This document shows, piece by piece, positions 49,630-59,118 of a stretch of 64,000 bases of DNA. The DNA lies in IMG/VR virus record IMGVR_UViG_3300023184_005191, positions 3,651 to 67,650 of that record; one strand, 5' to 3'. Position numbers and translations under genes: made by a program. The stretch is from a virus. The notes beneath the pieces are model-generated. The model searched no databases and was not told where the DNA came from. It saw only the letters and a program-made list of their open reading frames with translations. How positions within the stretch are numbered: the first letter of the stretch is position 1; each line of letters starts with the position of its first letter.

Positions 49630-50058
49630 TTAAATTTGTGTAGTTGAATTATGTGTATCCAACTCTGATTGGATTACTTCAATGTCAAACTCTAAAAGTG
49701 CAATCATTTTATCAATTTCGGCAATATTGATTTCTACTTCTTTTATAGTATCACCCGAACCATAACTTCCTGCTTGTTTACCCTCTTTAGTTGGGATTTG
49801 TTTTAATTCCTTGATACGACCTTTTAACTCAGCCATTTGGAAAATTTTTCCATACACAGGTGCATTAGCTAGGTGGATTCTAGTTTTTAACTCAGTTAAC
49901 TCAATAGCTAAAGTGGATGCTTTATCCAATGCTTCTTGAGATGAATATCGTCTGATATTTCCTTCTTCAATTTGGTTGTGTTGTTGAGCAATAATATATT
50001 GCTTTTTTAGCTCAATAGCTAATTTGTTTTTTTGCTTTAATGCTTGAGATACATTCAT
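49630..50058 (-). CDS. coiled-coil protein resembling the DIP1984 family
   Basis: MNVSQALK..., ELKTRIHLAN, IQSELDTHNSTT pattern; start moved to ATG 50058. Confidence 0.55.
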   Translation of the reverse strand: MNVSQALKQKNKLAIELKKQYIIAQQHNQIEEGNIRRYSSQEALDKASTLAIELTELKTRIHLANAPVYGKIFQMAELKGRIKELKQIPTKEGKQAGSYGSGDTIKEVEINIAEIDKMIALLEFDIEVIQSELDTHNSTTQI

Positions 50059-50107
50059 GACTTTTATTTTTATTTTAATATACAAAACTTATTTTGGGAA
50101 TCCTAAT

Positions 50108-50614
50108 TTAAATTGAATAAATCCAAGGGATATTTCTTTTTGTTCCATCTTCCTCGTTTAATCCATATCCAACTACCCATTCATCTTGAATATAAAATCC
50201 AGTTAAAAGTGGATATATTGGGATTGGTGAGATATCTCTAGTGAGTAAAGTAACACCAGTGATAGATTTAGGTGATTTAGAAATAAAATAATCTGCAACA
50301 GCATCCATTGAATGTCCTGTATCAAAGAAATCATCTACTATGTAAACGTGTTTTCCTTTAATTGGTGTTTCCAAATCTTTTGTAATCTGAACATCACCTT
50401 GTTCTCGTTTAGCAACATATGATTTTACTCTCATAAAGTCACATTCTACATCCACTGTAATATTTTTAACTAACTCAGTATAAAACATAAAGCCACCATT
50501 TAATAAACACACCATAACTATGGGGGTATCATCTTTTTTATGGGTTTTGTTTATAGTTTCAGCTAGTTCTTTTACTTTAAATTTAATTTGATGAGTGGTA
50601 AATAGTATTTTCAT
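50108..50614 (-). CDS. hpt: hypoxanthine/purine phosphoribosyltransferase-like protein
   Basis: LLNGGFMF, VKSY, PRPP motif VYIVDDFFDTGHS, WVVGYGL. Confidence 0.85.
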   Translation of the reverse strand: MKILFTTHQIKFKVKELAETINKTHKKDDTPIVMVCLLNGGFMFYTELVKNITVDVECDFMRVKSYVAKREQGDVQITKDLETPIKGKHVYIVDDFFDTGHSMDAVADYFISKSPKSITGVTLLTRDISPIPIYPLLTGFYIQDEWVVGYGLNEEDGTKRNIPWIYSI

Positions 50615-50616
50615 AA

Positions 50617-50901
50617 CTAATCTTTAATTGTAATTTTATCTATTGCATATTGGGTCATATACCTTTTAATAAATGATTTTCCTATCCCAATGTCTACTAT
50701 TTCATATTCATCTGGGATTAGAGGAGTATGTTTTTTGGTGGTGATGATTGTATCAATACCAAAGTTTACATAAGTGTTAAGGTAATGTTTTTCATCTGTT
50801 GGTTTTTTATATACAACACATGTTACAATTTTTTCAGATGAAGGCCTACCTGTTCTAACGAATGAAGTATTACCTTTTTGTAAATGTGAACCTCTTGCCA
50901 T
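50617..50901 (-). CDS. hypothetical protein
   Basis: intact ORF, promoter at 50919. Confidence 0.6.
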   Translation of the reverse strand: MARGSHLQKGNTSFVRTGRPSSEKIVTCVVYKKPTDEKHYLNTYVNFGIDTIITTKKHTPLIPDEYEIVDIGIGKSFIKRYMTQYAIDKITIKD

Positions 50902-50975
50902 AACTTTTATTTTATTGGAATATACAAAAAAAGCTTGCGGTAAGCAAGCTCTTTTATAAAAATTTAATTTTCTTT

Positions 50976-51341
50976 TTATTGGATAATATATTTACCAAAT
51001 TTAGATTTTAAATCATTTAAATCTACAGTAATACCTATTTCATCATCAGCAGCATCAAGTTCAGCATTTGTATTGTTATACAATTGGGTGAAAAAATGAT
51101 TTGCACCTAAATAATCTAAAATACTTTGATCATCTAAAGCTCCAAATCCTTCCTCATATTTGTCAGTAATATCATTATCTATTAATAAAAATGTAACTTT
51201 ATCACCATTTATTACTCCAGCATAATCACCACTTGGATATTCTACATCAATCCAGTCTTCATTCTCATTTAATTTTTGCTTGTATTCACCTTCAGTGATA
51301 ATACCAGCTAGTTTTTGCATGTGTAAAAATTCTTTATTCAT
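50976..51341 (-). CDS. acidic late protein with HMQKLAGIITE leader
   Basis: first 17 aa identical to 43121..43561; class II motif at 51356. Confidence 0.7.
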   Translation of the reverse strand: MNKEFLHMQKLAGIITEGEYKQKLNENEDWIDVEYPSGDYAGVINGDKVTFLLIDNDITDKYEEGFGALDDQSILDYLGANHFFTQLYNNTNAELDAADDEIGITVDLNDLKSKFGKYIIQ

Positions 51342-51349
51342 TTTTTTAA
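51281..51349. repeat. dispersed direct repeat encoding the leader peptide (copy 2)
   Basis: matches 43501-43569. Confidence 0.85.
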
Positions 51350-51364
51350 ATTTTATTATACATA

Positions 51365-51610
51365 TTAGCGATTGTATAAAGATCTAATTTCATCTTTTGT
51401 TCTTGCTCCAACTACTCGCCCAATTTCCATCCCATTGTTTAATACAACTGTTGTAGGTACTGAGCGTACATTGTGTTGTTGGGCTGTTTGTGGAGAGGAA
51501 TCTACATCAACAAATGTAATAGACATTTCGGTTTGTAGAGATTCCATAACAGGTTTAAATGACCTACATGGTCCACACCATGGGGCAGAAAAATATAATA
51601 CTTGTTTCAT
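51365..51610 (-). CDS. trxA: thioredoxin
   Basis: FSAPWCGPC, VRSVPT. Confidence 0.9.
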   Translation of the reverse strand: MKQVLYFSAPWCGPCRSFKPVMESLQTEMSITFVDVDSSPQTAQQHNVRSVPTTVVLNNGMEIGRVVGARTKDEIRSLYNR

Positions 51611-51611
51611 G

Positions 51612-51806
51612 TTATTTGTTAAAATAGTTTAAAATGTCCTCTTCCATAACTGGTTTAGTAGGATCGTTAAATAATGCTTTGTGGGCCTCAATTGCTTCCT
51701 CTATTGTAATGTTTGGGTTAACTTTTGAGAAAAGATTAATCAATAAAGAATGATTTTCCTTATTTGTATAATCAAATGATACTGTTGTTGTTTTTTTCTT
51801 TGCCAT
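51612..51806 (-). CDS. hypothetical protein
   Basis: intact ORF. Confidence 0.5.
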   Translation of the reverse strand: MAKKKTTTVSFDYTNKENHSLLINLFSKVNPNITIEEAIEAHKALFNDPTKPVMEEDILNYFNK

Positions 51807-51878
51807 TTTATTTTGTTATAATATAATTAATTTGGTAATCTCCAAATGTTGTTGTGACTGTATACATATTAATATTTG

Positions 51879-52496
51879 TTATGTTTTTTTACTATTGTTT
51901 ATTCTTTTTGTCCATTTTAAATTCTCTACTGTTGTTGCTTCATATGGAGAGAGTCCTTCTTTGAAACATTGTGATCTGGGTTTAATATGGTCTAATGTGG
52001 GATAGTTTTTGTCACTGTAATGGAGTTTAAGATTATCTTTTATATATTCTCCATCTATATAGTCGTAACCATCCCATGTTTCGAGCATTTGCTTTCGAAT
52101 TTTTCTAGTTAACCAATCACATCTTTTCCAATACTGTTTCCAATTAAGGTCTTCTATAATATTACCATTTTTCTTTCGGGTTTCCAAACCTTTTTTCCAA
52201 GCTTTTTCATTATCTCTAAATTTTCGCATATGTTCAGCTCGCTCAGTTCTTTCTTCCCCCATATTTTCTTTAACCCATTCACCCTGACATTTGTTAGAGC
52301 AAAATATGTTTTTTTGTTTTAGTTGATGGTTATAACTTCTAACATCAATTTTACAGTTCCCACATTGTCTGTAGGTATATGATTTTGAATTGAATTTTAG
52401 TTTACATTCAAGAGAGCAAAATTGTTTATTACCCCCTTTAGATCTAAAATCAACATCACATTGTTTACATACTCGTTTATAAGGTAATTTCTCCAT
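51879..52496 (-). CDS. HNH-like endonuclease with N-terminal Cys repeats
   Basis: CKQC..FCSLEC, CGNC..FCSNKC; TLDHIKP...ENL...NNSK. Confidence 0.75.
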   Translation of the reverse strand: MEKLPYKRVCKQCDVDFRSKGGNKQFCSLECKLKFNSKSYTYRQCGNCKIDVRSYNHQLKQKNIFCSNKCQGEWVKENMGEERTERAEHMRKFRDNEKAWKKGLETRKKNGNIIEDLNWKQYWKRCDWLTRKIRKQMLETWDGYDYIDGEYIKDNLKLHYSDKNYPTLDHIKPRSQCFKEGLSPYEATTVENLKWTKRINNSKKT

Positions 52497-52550
52497 ATCG
52501 TTTTATTATACATATGGCAAAATTAGACTTTTCGTACAGGATCAAACAAA

Positions 52551-53336
52551 TCACACACCTCTCCGGGTGTCGAAAGCAATGATGTGATCTCTTCCTGTCA
52601 TGTTGTATCCTTTTTCAGCACACATATCAAACACTAAAGGATACATATGTATTAATTCTTCTCTAGTATCTCCAGCGGGCATGATATATGTTTTATCTTT
52701 TGGGATATGAAGTGCTAATCTAAAATTTTCAATTTCATTTAAATTTCTTTGACTACCATCCCATACTGGTTTATAGTGGTAATCTGTATGATAATCTAGA
52801 GTAGCTTTAATTGCCTCCATATTCAAACGAAGCTTGTTATGTTGGTTGATCATTTTTTGATCCACAAGCGCTCCTTGAGGCGTAGCAACACCAAGTACGG
52901 GTACAGAATTATTAAATTTCGGACTGAGAGAGATAAGCCCCAGAGGATAATCTGTAGCAATAAAATGGCTTCCTTCAGTTTCGATGGTAATGAGAATGTT
53001 TCTTTCATGAGCAAAATGTGTTAATTCATTTACAAGTGTTGGATGCATTGTTGGTGATCCTCCCGTCAACATCATCTCCTTAATATGAGGATTTTCATCA
53101 TATATTTTGATAATATCATTAAAGGTAAATGTACCTTTTTCAGGATGGATTGAGGTATACCATGAATCACACCAACCTCCTTCACCAAAATAACAACGGT
53201 GGGTACAACCAGTGGTTCTAACCGCTATTGTTGGTCTACCAAAACGAGATCCCTCACTTTGTACGCATCGATATAGTTCTACTATAGGTAATACTTTATT
53301 GTAATCCTCTATTCTTTTTATTGTTTTACTCTCCAT
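52551..53336 (-). CDS. queE: 7-carboxy-7-deazaguanine synthase (radical SAM)
   Basis: VQSEG...RTTGCTHRC(x7)CDS, LTGG.P, IETEG, SLSPK. Confidence 0.9.
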   Translation of the reverse strand: MESKTIKRIEDYNKVLPIVELYRCVQSEGSRFGRPTIAVRTTGCTHRCYFGEGGWCDSWYTSIHPEKGTFTFNDIIKIYDENPHIKEMMLTGGSPTMHPTLVNELTHFAHERNILITIETEGSHFIATDYPLGLISLSPKFNNSVPVLGVATPQGALVDQKMINQHNKLRLNMEAIKATLDYHTDYHYKPVWDGSQRNLNEIENFRLALHIPKDKTYIMPAGDTREELIHMYPLVFDMCAEKGYNMTGRDHIIAFDTRRGV

Positions 53337-53790
53337 ATATTGCTGAATTTTTCTCGTGTTCTTTAAATTCTACACTTACTACTCTTACTCTATTATTTGT
53401 TTCCTCTAAAATAAATTTAGATACTTTATCGTAAATGAATTTAGCAAATTGTTCTGCTCCTGTAGCCGGTATTACTCTAAGTTGTACTATTCTTTCATTG
53501 TGCATCTCTAGTGCTTTGTATACAAATGGATCATCTTCTGCTATAATATAGGTATGATCAAACATATAATCCATCCATACTTTAGGACTCATCCCATCAA
53601 TAGTACCTTTAGCTCGTTTCATACCTCCAAAGTCCCAAACCCAGTTTCTTTCATCTAGTTCTCCCTCAAATATAATTTTGAAAGAAATACCATAACCATG
53701 AAGGAAACTACAGTGAGTATCTTTTGCTCTCCATTGACGGAATACTGTAGAGTAACCATCAAATATTTTTGTTGATTGAAATTTTGCCAT
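53326..53790 (-). CDS. queD: 6-carboxy-tetrahydropterin synthase
   Basis: HCSFLHGY, WVWDFG, FDH, GAE, EHEKNSA. Confidence 0.88.
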   Translation of the reverse strand: MAKFQSTKIFDGYSTVFRQWRAKDTHCSFLHGYGISFKIIFEGELDERNWVWDFGGMKRAKGTIDGMSPKVWMDYMFDHTYIIAEDDPFVYKALEMHNERIVQLRVIPATGAEQFAKFIYDKVSKFILEETNNRVRVVSVEFKEHEKNSAIYGE

Positions 53791-53791
53791 T

Positions 53792-54001
53792 TTATTTAAT
53801 GTTTAATTGTTTGATTACTTCGTTCCAATGTTCAACTGGTATATTCATTGCTTCATCTGTTTGTCCATTTTCAGCAAATTCTTTAAATAGCTCAGCAGTT
53901 GCAATGGCACCCGCTACTTGATTTTCTTTTGAGAGTTCACCTAGATATGGGTGTATTTTAGATATTCTCATTAGTAGGTTTACTATTTTTCTAATTGTCA
54001 T
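53792..54001 (-). CDS. hypothetical protein
   Basis: intact ORF. Confidence 0.5.
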   Translation of the reverse strand: MTIRKIVNLLMRISKIHPYLGELSKENQVAGAIATAELFKEFAENGQTDEAMNIPVEHWNEVIKQLNIK

Positions 54002-54737
54002 TTTTCTTTTTATTTAAATGTACGTATTCTTCTTTAAACATCCAAATATACCCGTAAGAACTTTTTCTTTTTTTATTACAGCATTCTGAAATTGAAGAAG
54101 ATGGTTTGTTTAATGATTTTGCTGCTTTTGAAGCACTTTCCCATTCTTTGATTAGATTCAAATTTTTATCTAATTGTATTATAGGTTTACTTAATGTTTC
54201 TTCTATCCATAAATTTTTACGTCCTTTAAGTTTTTCAGATATTTTTTTATTCCTTTCAGAGTCTTTTAAATAATGTTTCATATTAGACTCAAGAATTTTC
54301 TCATTCCTTTCAATAGAAGAATAACATGGGTGATTTATTTTAGATTGGGAAATTTTTTGACATGTTTCTTTAGATAATTTTGTATCTTTTAGTCTGTCAC
54401 TCACATCAGGTCTTTTTATATTTTTTAATTTTTCAGATGTGCCTGGTCGTGGGGTATTTTTCATTTTAAGTTTAGTTTCTTCACTATGAAAAGAGGGTCC
54501 ACCACCACCTACATTTTTGTTATCTAAATTTAAACCCCAACATTTAAATTGTTCTATCCAATAACATTCCCAAAATTTCCATTCTTTTTCTTCAATAAAG
54601 TCCAATTCAAAAATAGTAAGATCTTTTTGTAAACGTTTTTGATGTTGGGATTCTCTTTTTTTTAAGGGATTTTTTGTTTTTCCTATATAGAAAGGAATCC
54701 CATTTTCATCAAATAAACAGTATATAAAAACATTCAT
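53991..54737 (-). CDS. GIY-YIG homing endonuclease with NUMOD-type motifs
   Basis: FIYCL...FYIGKT, E..WI, N.GG.G, HSEETKLKM, IKEWESASKA. Confidence 0.85.
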   Translation of the reverse strand: MNVFIYCLFDENGIPFYIGKTKNPLKKRESQHQKRLQKDLTIFELDFIEEKEWKFWECYWIEQFKCWGLNLDNKNVGGGGPSFHSEETKLKMKNTPRPGTSEKLKNIKRPDVSDRLKDTKLSKETCQKISQSKINHPCYSSIERNEKILESNMKHYLKDSERNKKISEKLKGRKNLWIEETLSKPIIQLDKNLNLIKEWESASKAAKSLNKPSSSISECCNKKRKSSYGYIWMFKEEYVHLNKKKNDN

Positions 54738-54784
54738 AATAATAATTTATGCGGTACTATTATAAATATCATGTTTTTCCAAAA

Positions 54785-55585
54785 TTACACCGATTCATCT
54801 AAAACTTTTTGAACATGATCTATAACTTTTTCCCATGAAACTACACCTGTTTCATCTTCATATATTACAGGATCTTTTCTTCCCAATTTGATAAACGCTT
54901 CTACTCTTTCTACACTTGAAGCAGATTTATAATCTGAATTACCTGAGGGGTATGGTTTGTAAGATGTGTTGGTTCTTTTGTATACTTCATCAAATTCTAA
55001 GCCTAGCTCTTCACATAGTACTTCTCCGTCTTGCAAAATAGTAAATTTGTCCCCATAAATATAAGGTGTGAAGTACCCAACCATTTCTGCATCCCAGTTT
55101 CCTAAACGGAATGCTTGGTCATCTGCATCTCTAAATTCTTGTCTACAGTCAGGATAAACTCCAAAATCTCCAGCATGAATACCTAACGCAATATCACAAT
55201 TTTCCCCAGTTCTATTTGCTACTGAAAGTGCAACTGCTTGTATAATTGAAGCGAAGATTTTGTTACGATTTGGAACTACGGTTTGACGTTGATTTTCCTC
55301 AGCATAGTGTCCTTCAGGTACATCATCTCCACCTGTTACCAAAGCTGAATCTAATAAATCAACTAGTCCATTTAATTGGATTTGGCGATAACGTAATGTA
55401 TTAGCTATACCAATATCATTATTACATAAGTAATCTACTAATGATTGAGCACGTTCAAGCTCAACTCTGTGTTTTTGTCCATAATCAAATGAGATGGCAG
55501 TTACCGTATCGTACTCTTTCAAGCAACGAAGTAACAATGTGCTGGAATCCATTCCTCCAGATAGGGATAATACTACGTGTTTCAT
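54785..55585 (-). CDS. queC: 7-cyano-7-deazaguanine synthase
   Basis: SLSGGMDS, FDYGQKH, VVPNRN, GIHAGD...YPDCR. Confidence 0.93.
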   Translation of the reverse strand: MKHVVLSLSGGMDSSTLLLRCLKEYDTVTAISFDYGQKHRVELERAQSLVDYLCNNDIGIANTLRYRQIQLNGLVDLLDSALVTGGDDVPEGHYAEENQRQTVVPNRNKIFASIIQAVALSVANRTGENCDIALGIHAGDFGVYPDCRQEFRDADDQAFRLGNWDAEMVGYFTPYIYGDKFTILQDGEVLCEELGLEFDEVYKRTNTSYKPYPSGNSDYKSASSVERVEAFIKLGRKDPVIYEDETGVVSWEKVIDHVQKVLDESV

Positions 55586-55845
55586 AATTTGTTTACTATA
55601 TTTTTGATTGTTTCTTCATCCTCCATAGATAATTGCATTCTTGAATGAAATAATTTTATCATATCCTCTACCCACATTTCATCTAATATGGTTGGGTTAA
55701 CAATTTTAAATTCCTCTTCATCTTTATCATCCTCATTTAAAGTACAATAACCATCATCACATAACCATTCAGCCATTTGTTCTTTATCCCAATTAGCCAT
55801 TTCATCATAAACTTCATCTAAATCAAATTCAATACTAATACTCAT
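55582..55845 (-). CDS. acidic hypothetical protein
   Basis: intact ORF coupled to queC. Confidence 0.55.
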   Translation of the reverse strand: MSISIEFDLDEVYDEMANWDKEQMAEWLCDDGYCTLNEDDKDEEEFKIVNPTILDEMWVEDMIKLFHSRMQLSMEDEETIKNIVNKL

Positions 55846-55855
55846 AATCTAAAAT

Positions 55856-56098
55856 TTAAAATGGTAAATCATCATCATAATCCTGTCTATCACTTAAAGT
55901 AGGTTCAACTTCAGGTTCTCTAAAGTGAAAATCCAAAAAATCTCTAGGATATAAATGTATTATTCCTTTGTACTTTGGATTGGCAATTTCTCTTATTTGA
56001 CGTTCAATGCCTGCTCTATAAGCTGCTGCTGCAACTTCTCCACCTAGTTTTAAACCTGCTGGTTTTCCTAGATAATCGTATAAACTTAAATATTCCAT
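55856..56098 (-). CDS. hypothetical protein
   Basis: intact ORF ending DDDLPF; promoter at 56114. Confidence 0.6.
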   Translation of the reverse strand: MEYLSLYDYLGKPAGLKLGGEVAAAAYRAGIERQIREIANPKYKGIIHLYPRDFLDFHFREPEVEPTLSDRQDYDDDLPF

Positions 56099-56143
56099 AA
56101 CTTTTTTTATTTTAATATACGAATAAAAAATATGGACTCCAAA

Positions 56144-56938
56144 TTAAAGTCCATTTATTTCTCTAAACATAGTAACATTCCAATCTACAAGATCTATATT
56201 TAAATCATTAATATTCATGTCTTGAAAATTATTCATGTTTGCTAGTGGTTTTGATTGTAAACCCATTTTTGTATAAGGCATTTCACCGATTGCAGCCATA
56301 ATTGGATTTGAGGTATCAATAGATTCAATACAGTCAAGATTTTTATACATTCCAAATTCAATAGGAGATGCTGTCCCAAGTAAGTGCACACGATCAAATT
56401 TTGTTAAGATACGTTGTTCATATAAAGATGATATAACAATAAAACGTCCAATTGCTTTACCTAGATCTTTGTTTGGGTGTGGACATACTTCATTATAGTA
56501 TGAGGCACCGTATGAATATGCTATCTTTTTGTAACCTAAATCTTTATATGTTTGAGTACAAAGCATAGCATTGTGTGCTGATTTTGCTTGCACTACAGCT
56601 ACTTTCATTACCTCTTTAGGTAACTCAATTGTTGCCCATTGTCTTGCATTTCTAACTGAAGCATCTTTATCTTCCCATACATCTGGGATAATAAACTCGT
56701 TTGGTTTAATTTCGTTTATCCAGTATAGTAAACGTTCTGTATTATATGCCTCACCTAGTTCATGTAAGGAATTATCCATTACAATATAGCGGCCCATTTC
56801 TTTTGATTTGTAGAAGAAATCTCTATATTCCTCGTTTTGGTCCATTAAATGAGGGAGCATATAATCATATGAATTGAACTCTCGGCTTTTCTCTAAAAGA
56901 CAAAATGGAACTTCATGTGAAATTTTTATTTTTTTCAT
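56144..56938 (-). CDS. TGT-fold transglycosylase-like protein (DpdA-like)
   Basis: IVMDNSLHE, IIPDV, AVVQ, VHLLG, ESIDTS match the TGT/DpdA motif order; next to queC. Confidence 0.6.
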   Translation of the reverse strand: MKKIKISHEVPFCLLEKSREFNSYDYMLPHLMDQNEEYRDFFYKSKEMGRYIVMDNSLHELGEAYNTERLLYWINEIKPNEFIIPDVWEDKDASVRNARQWATIELPKEVMKVAVVQAKSAHNAMLCTQTYKDLGYKKIAYSYGASYYNEVCPHPNKDLGKAIGRFIVISSLYEQRILTKFDRVHLLGTASPIEFGMYKNLDCIESIDTSNPIMAAIGEMPYTKMGLQSKPLANMNNFQDMNINDLNIDLVDWNVTMFREINGL

Positions 56939-57159
56939 ACTAATAGATTTTTGTGGTCTTGGATACTTCTTTCACATTGAGCAATCTTACTGCTTATCTT
57001 TGATTGCAATTCTTTCATTGTGCTTTCTGATAAACCAACCGTTTCTTTTAAAACAACTATACTTGTCCATAGGCTTTCCATATTGTTTTTGACATCTGTT
57101 TGGGCAACTATATGAGCCTTGATTTGTAAATTATTCATTATTTTATTTTTAAATTTCAA
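56935..57159 (-). CDS. hypothetical protein
   Basis: intact ORF. Confidence 0.5.
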   Translation of the reverse strand: MKFKNKIMNNLQIKAHIVAQTDVKNNMESLWTSIVVLKETVGLSESTMKELQSKISSKIAQCERSIQDHKNLLV

Positions 57160-57172
57160 TAGTGGTAAACAA

Positions 57173-57355
57173 TTACCTAGAAAGTGGTTTATCTTTCAAA
57201 TCTTCATGTTCATTTATTTTATCCCACATATTATTCAATACTAAAAGTAATGGGTCTAATCCAACTTTTTCTTTAATTGAATTATATTCTTCATAAGTAA
57301 ATGCTGTTATCATATCAACACCATCAATCTGTAATTTAATTTTTATTGTTCTCAT
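57173..57355 (-). CDS. hypothetical protein
   Basis: intact ORF. Confidence 0.5.
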   Translation of the reverse strand: MRTIKIKLQIDGVDMITAFTYEEYNSIKEKVGLDPLLLVLNNMWDKINEHEDLKDKPLSR

Positions 57356-57391
57356 AATTTTAATAATTTATTTAATAACTGTTTTAATAAT

Positions 57392-57568
57392 TTAAGAGTG
57401 TGCCATTTTATACATTTCACACAGATTAAAAAGCATTTCCTCTGCTTGTTTTTTACGCTTGTCATAAGTATCATTAGTATCACCAACTTCTGAGGTTAAT
57501 TTGGCAATATCATTAGCAATACTTTTTAGTTGCTCCTCAACTACTTTTTTTTCTTGTTCTTTTTTCAT
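57392..57568 (-). CDS. small hypothetical protein (58 aa)
   Basis: MKKEQEKKVVEEQLK...; overlaps the upstream stop (ATGA); below the ORF-track cutoff. Confidence 0.5.
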   Translation of the reverse strand: MKKEQEKKVVEEQLKSIANDIAKLTSEVGDTNDTYDKRKKQAEEMLFNLCEMYKMAHS

Positions 57569-57840
57569 ACTATACGTTTTATAGTTATTGTATTATTTCC
57601 TTCTATTTTAATTTGCTCAGCCAATTGTTTCTGGTATTCACGGAGGAATTGATATTTAATATCTAAAGCTAATTCATATCCTCTACCATCATCCATTATA
57701 GATATAGTTTTACCTTGTTGTAAAGATTCAACGCCTTGTTTTACATTTTTTTCATATTGCTCTTGTTTCCAATTATCTTGAAAATTAGGTTCAGGCATTG
57801 AACTTTTTGGCTTTTCTCTTTTAAATATATTGAAATTCAT
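57565..57840 (-). CDS. hypothetical protein
   Basis: intact ORF. Confidence 0.55.
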   Translation of the reverse strand: MNFNIFKREKPKSSMPEPNFQDNWKQEQYEKNVKQGVESLQQGKTISIMDDGRGYELALDIKYQFLREYQKQLAEQIKIEGNNTITIKRIV

Positions 57841-57845
57841 ATTAT

Positions 57846-58094
57846 TTAGTTTAATGCAAATGTATGTTCTCTTTCTTTGATTTCCACGCTTTCTTGAGTG
57901 GAAAAACGCATAGCATCATATCCAATCCAACGCATGCCCCATTTTGTGGTTCCTTCATTTACGGCGCCTTTTATAATGTAAACTCGTTGATCTAACGCGT
58001 TTAAATATTCATTTTCTACTTCATATTCTTGACCCTCAACTATGTGAGCCCCTAATGGAAGATTTTTATCGTTTATACAAGTTACTGCTTTCAT
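57846..58094 (-). CDS. hypothetical protein
   Basis: intact ORF. Confidence 0.55.
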   Translation of the reverse strand: MKAVTCINDKNLPLGAHIVEGQEYEVENEYLNALDQRVYIIKGAVNEGTTKWGMRWIGYDAMRFSTQESVEIKEREHTFALN

Positions 58095-58235
58095 CTTGAA
58101 TGTTGTCTCTTTTTGTATATTTAATTTTTACTATTTCTCCTTCACCTATAATTAAAGTCCCTACTTTAAGAGATTTATCTTTTGTATACCATGAAGATTT
58201 TTTACCTAAATAACTTTTTATGTATATGTAAGGCA

Positions 58236-58754
58236 TTACCAAATTAGTTTATGATTATACACTTTGTGAGAATATCCATTTATACATGGTCTTCCTGTAT
58301 TATATGCTCCAAACACTACTTTCCAATCTCTATATCTGTTATGTAATCTTCGTAGAAGTTTCATAGAGGTATAAACATTGTATTTGATATCTGTTTTTAG
58401 TTTATTTACAGATACTCCATCTCTATTTAACCCTCTAGCGGTTGATAACATTACCTGCATTGGACCTACCGCACCCGCACTAGAAGTTTGAGCTGGGTTG
58501 TATTTCCAATGGAATGGTCCTTTATATCCTGTTTCTGTATTGGCAACTCCAAATGCATATCGTATTGGGATATTAAAAGTATCCGCGTATGCTTTAATGT
58601 AATTATACATTTGCAATGATGGTGGTGATCCTTGATTAATACTGTCCGGAACGCGCACAATTTGAATTGGCTGCTTTTCTGGTTCAGTAACGGAAAAAGT
58701 GGTGACAGCTACAGCTCCCACCACAATTCCGATTTTAATACTATTTACCAACAT
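58236..58754 (-). CDS. lytic transglycosylase (SLT domain) with N-terminal anchor
   Basis: TETGY, SSAGAVGPMQV, GAYNTG. Confidence 0.85.
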   Translation of the reverse strand: MLVNSIKIGIVVGAVAVTTFSVTEPEKQPIQIVRVPDSINQGSPPSLQMYNYIKAYADTFNIPIRYAFGVANTETGYKGPFHWKYNPAQTSSAGAVGPMQVMLSTARGLNRDGVSVNKLKTDIKYNVYTSMKLLRRLHNRYRDWKVVFGAYNTGRPCINGYSHKVYNHKLIW

Positions 58755-59061
58755 TTACTACCTCTTGGTGAATACGATTTGCATACATTCCAAAAATTGT
58801 TTGACCAATTTTATCTGAGTACACAATATACTTTCCAGTAGATCTTTCAATCATGATCAATTCATTTGATTCATTAACAGCGATTGAGATTTCCTCTGGT
58901 GAAAACGCATGTGCATACGGGTTTTCAATTTTAACATCCTCTTTTTTAGATGCTTGATACATTCCACCTAACTTAAATGCTGATGTTGCAATTGATACTG
59001 CGATTACTACATTCAAAGCTGGTTTGATGTTTTTTACAATTGTTTCTTTTGTAATTTTCAT
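58741..59061 (-). CDS. membrane-anchored hypothetical protein
   Basis: N-terminal hydrophobic helix; coupled to the SLT gene. Confidence 0.6.
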   Translation of the reverse strand: MKITKETIVKNIKPALNVVIAVSIATSAFKLGGMYQASKKEDVKIENPYAHAFSPEEISIAVNESNELIMIERSTGKYIVYSDKIGQTIFGMYANRIHQEVVNVGK

Positions 59062-59118
59062 AACTTTTATTTTTCTTTAAATATACAAAAAAAGCTTGTC
59101 TAAGACAAGCTCTTTGAA

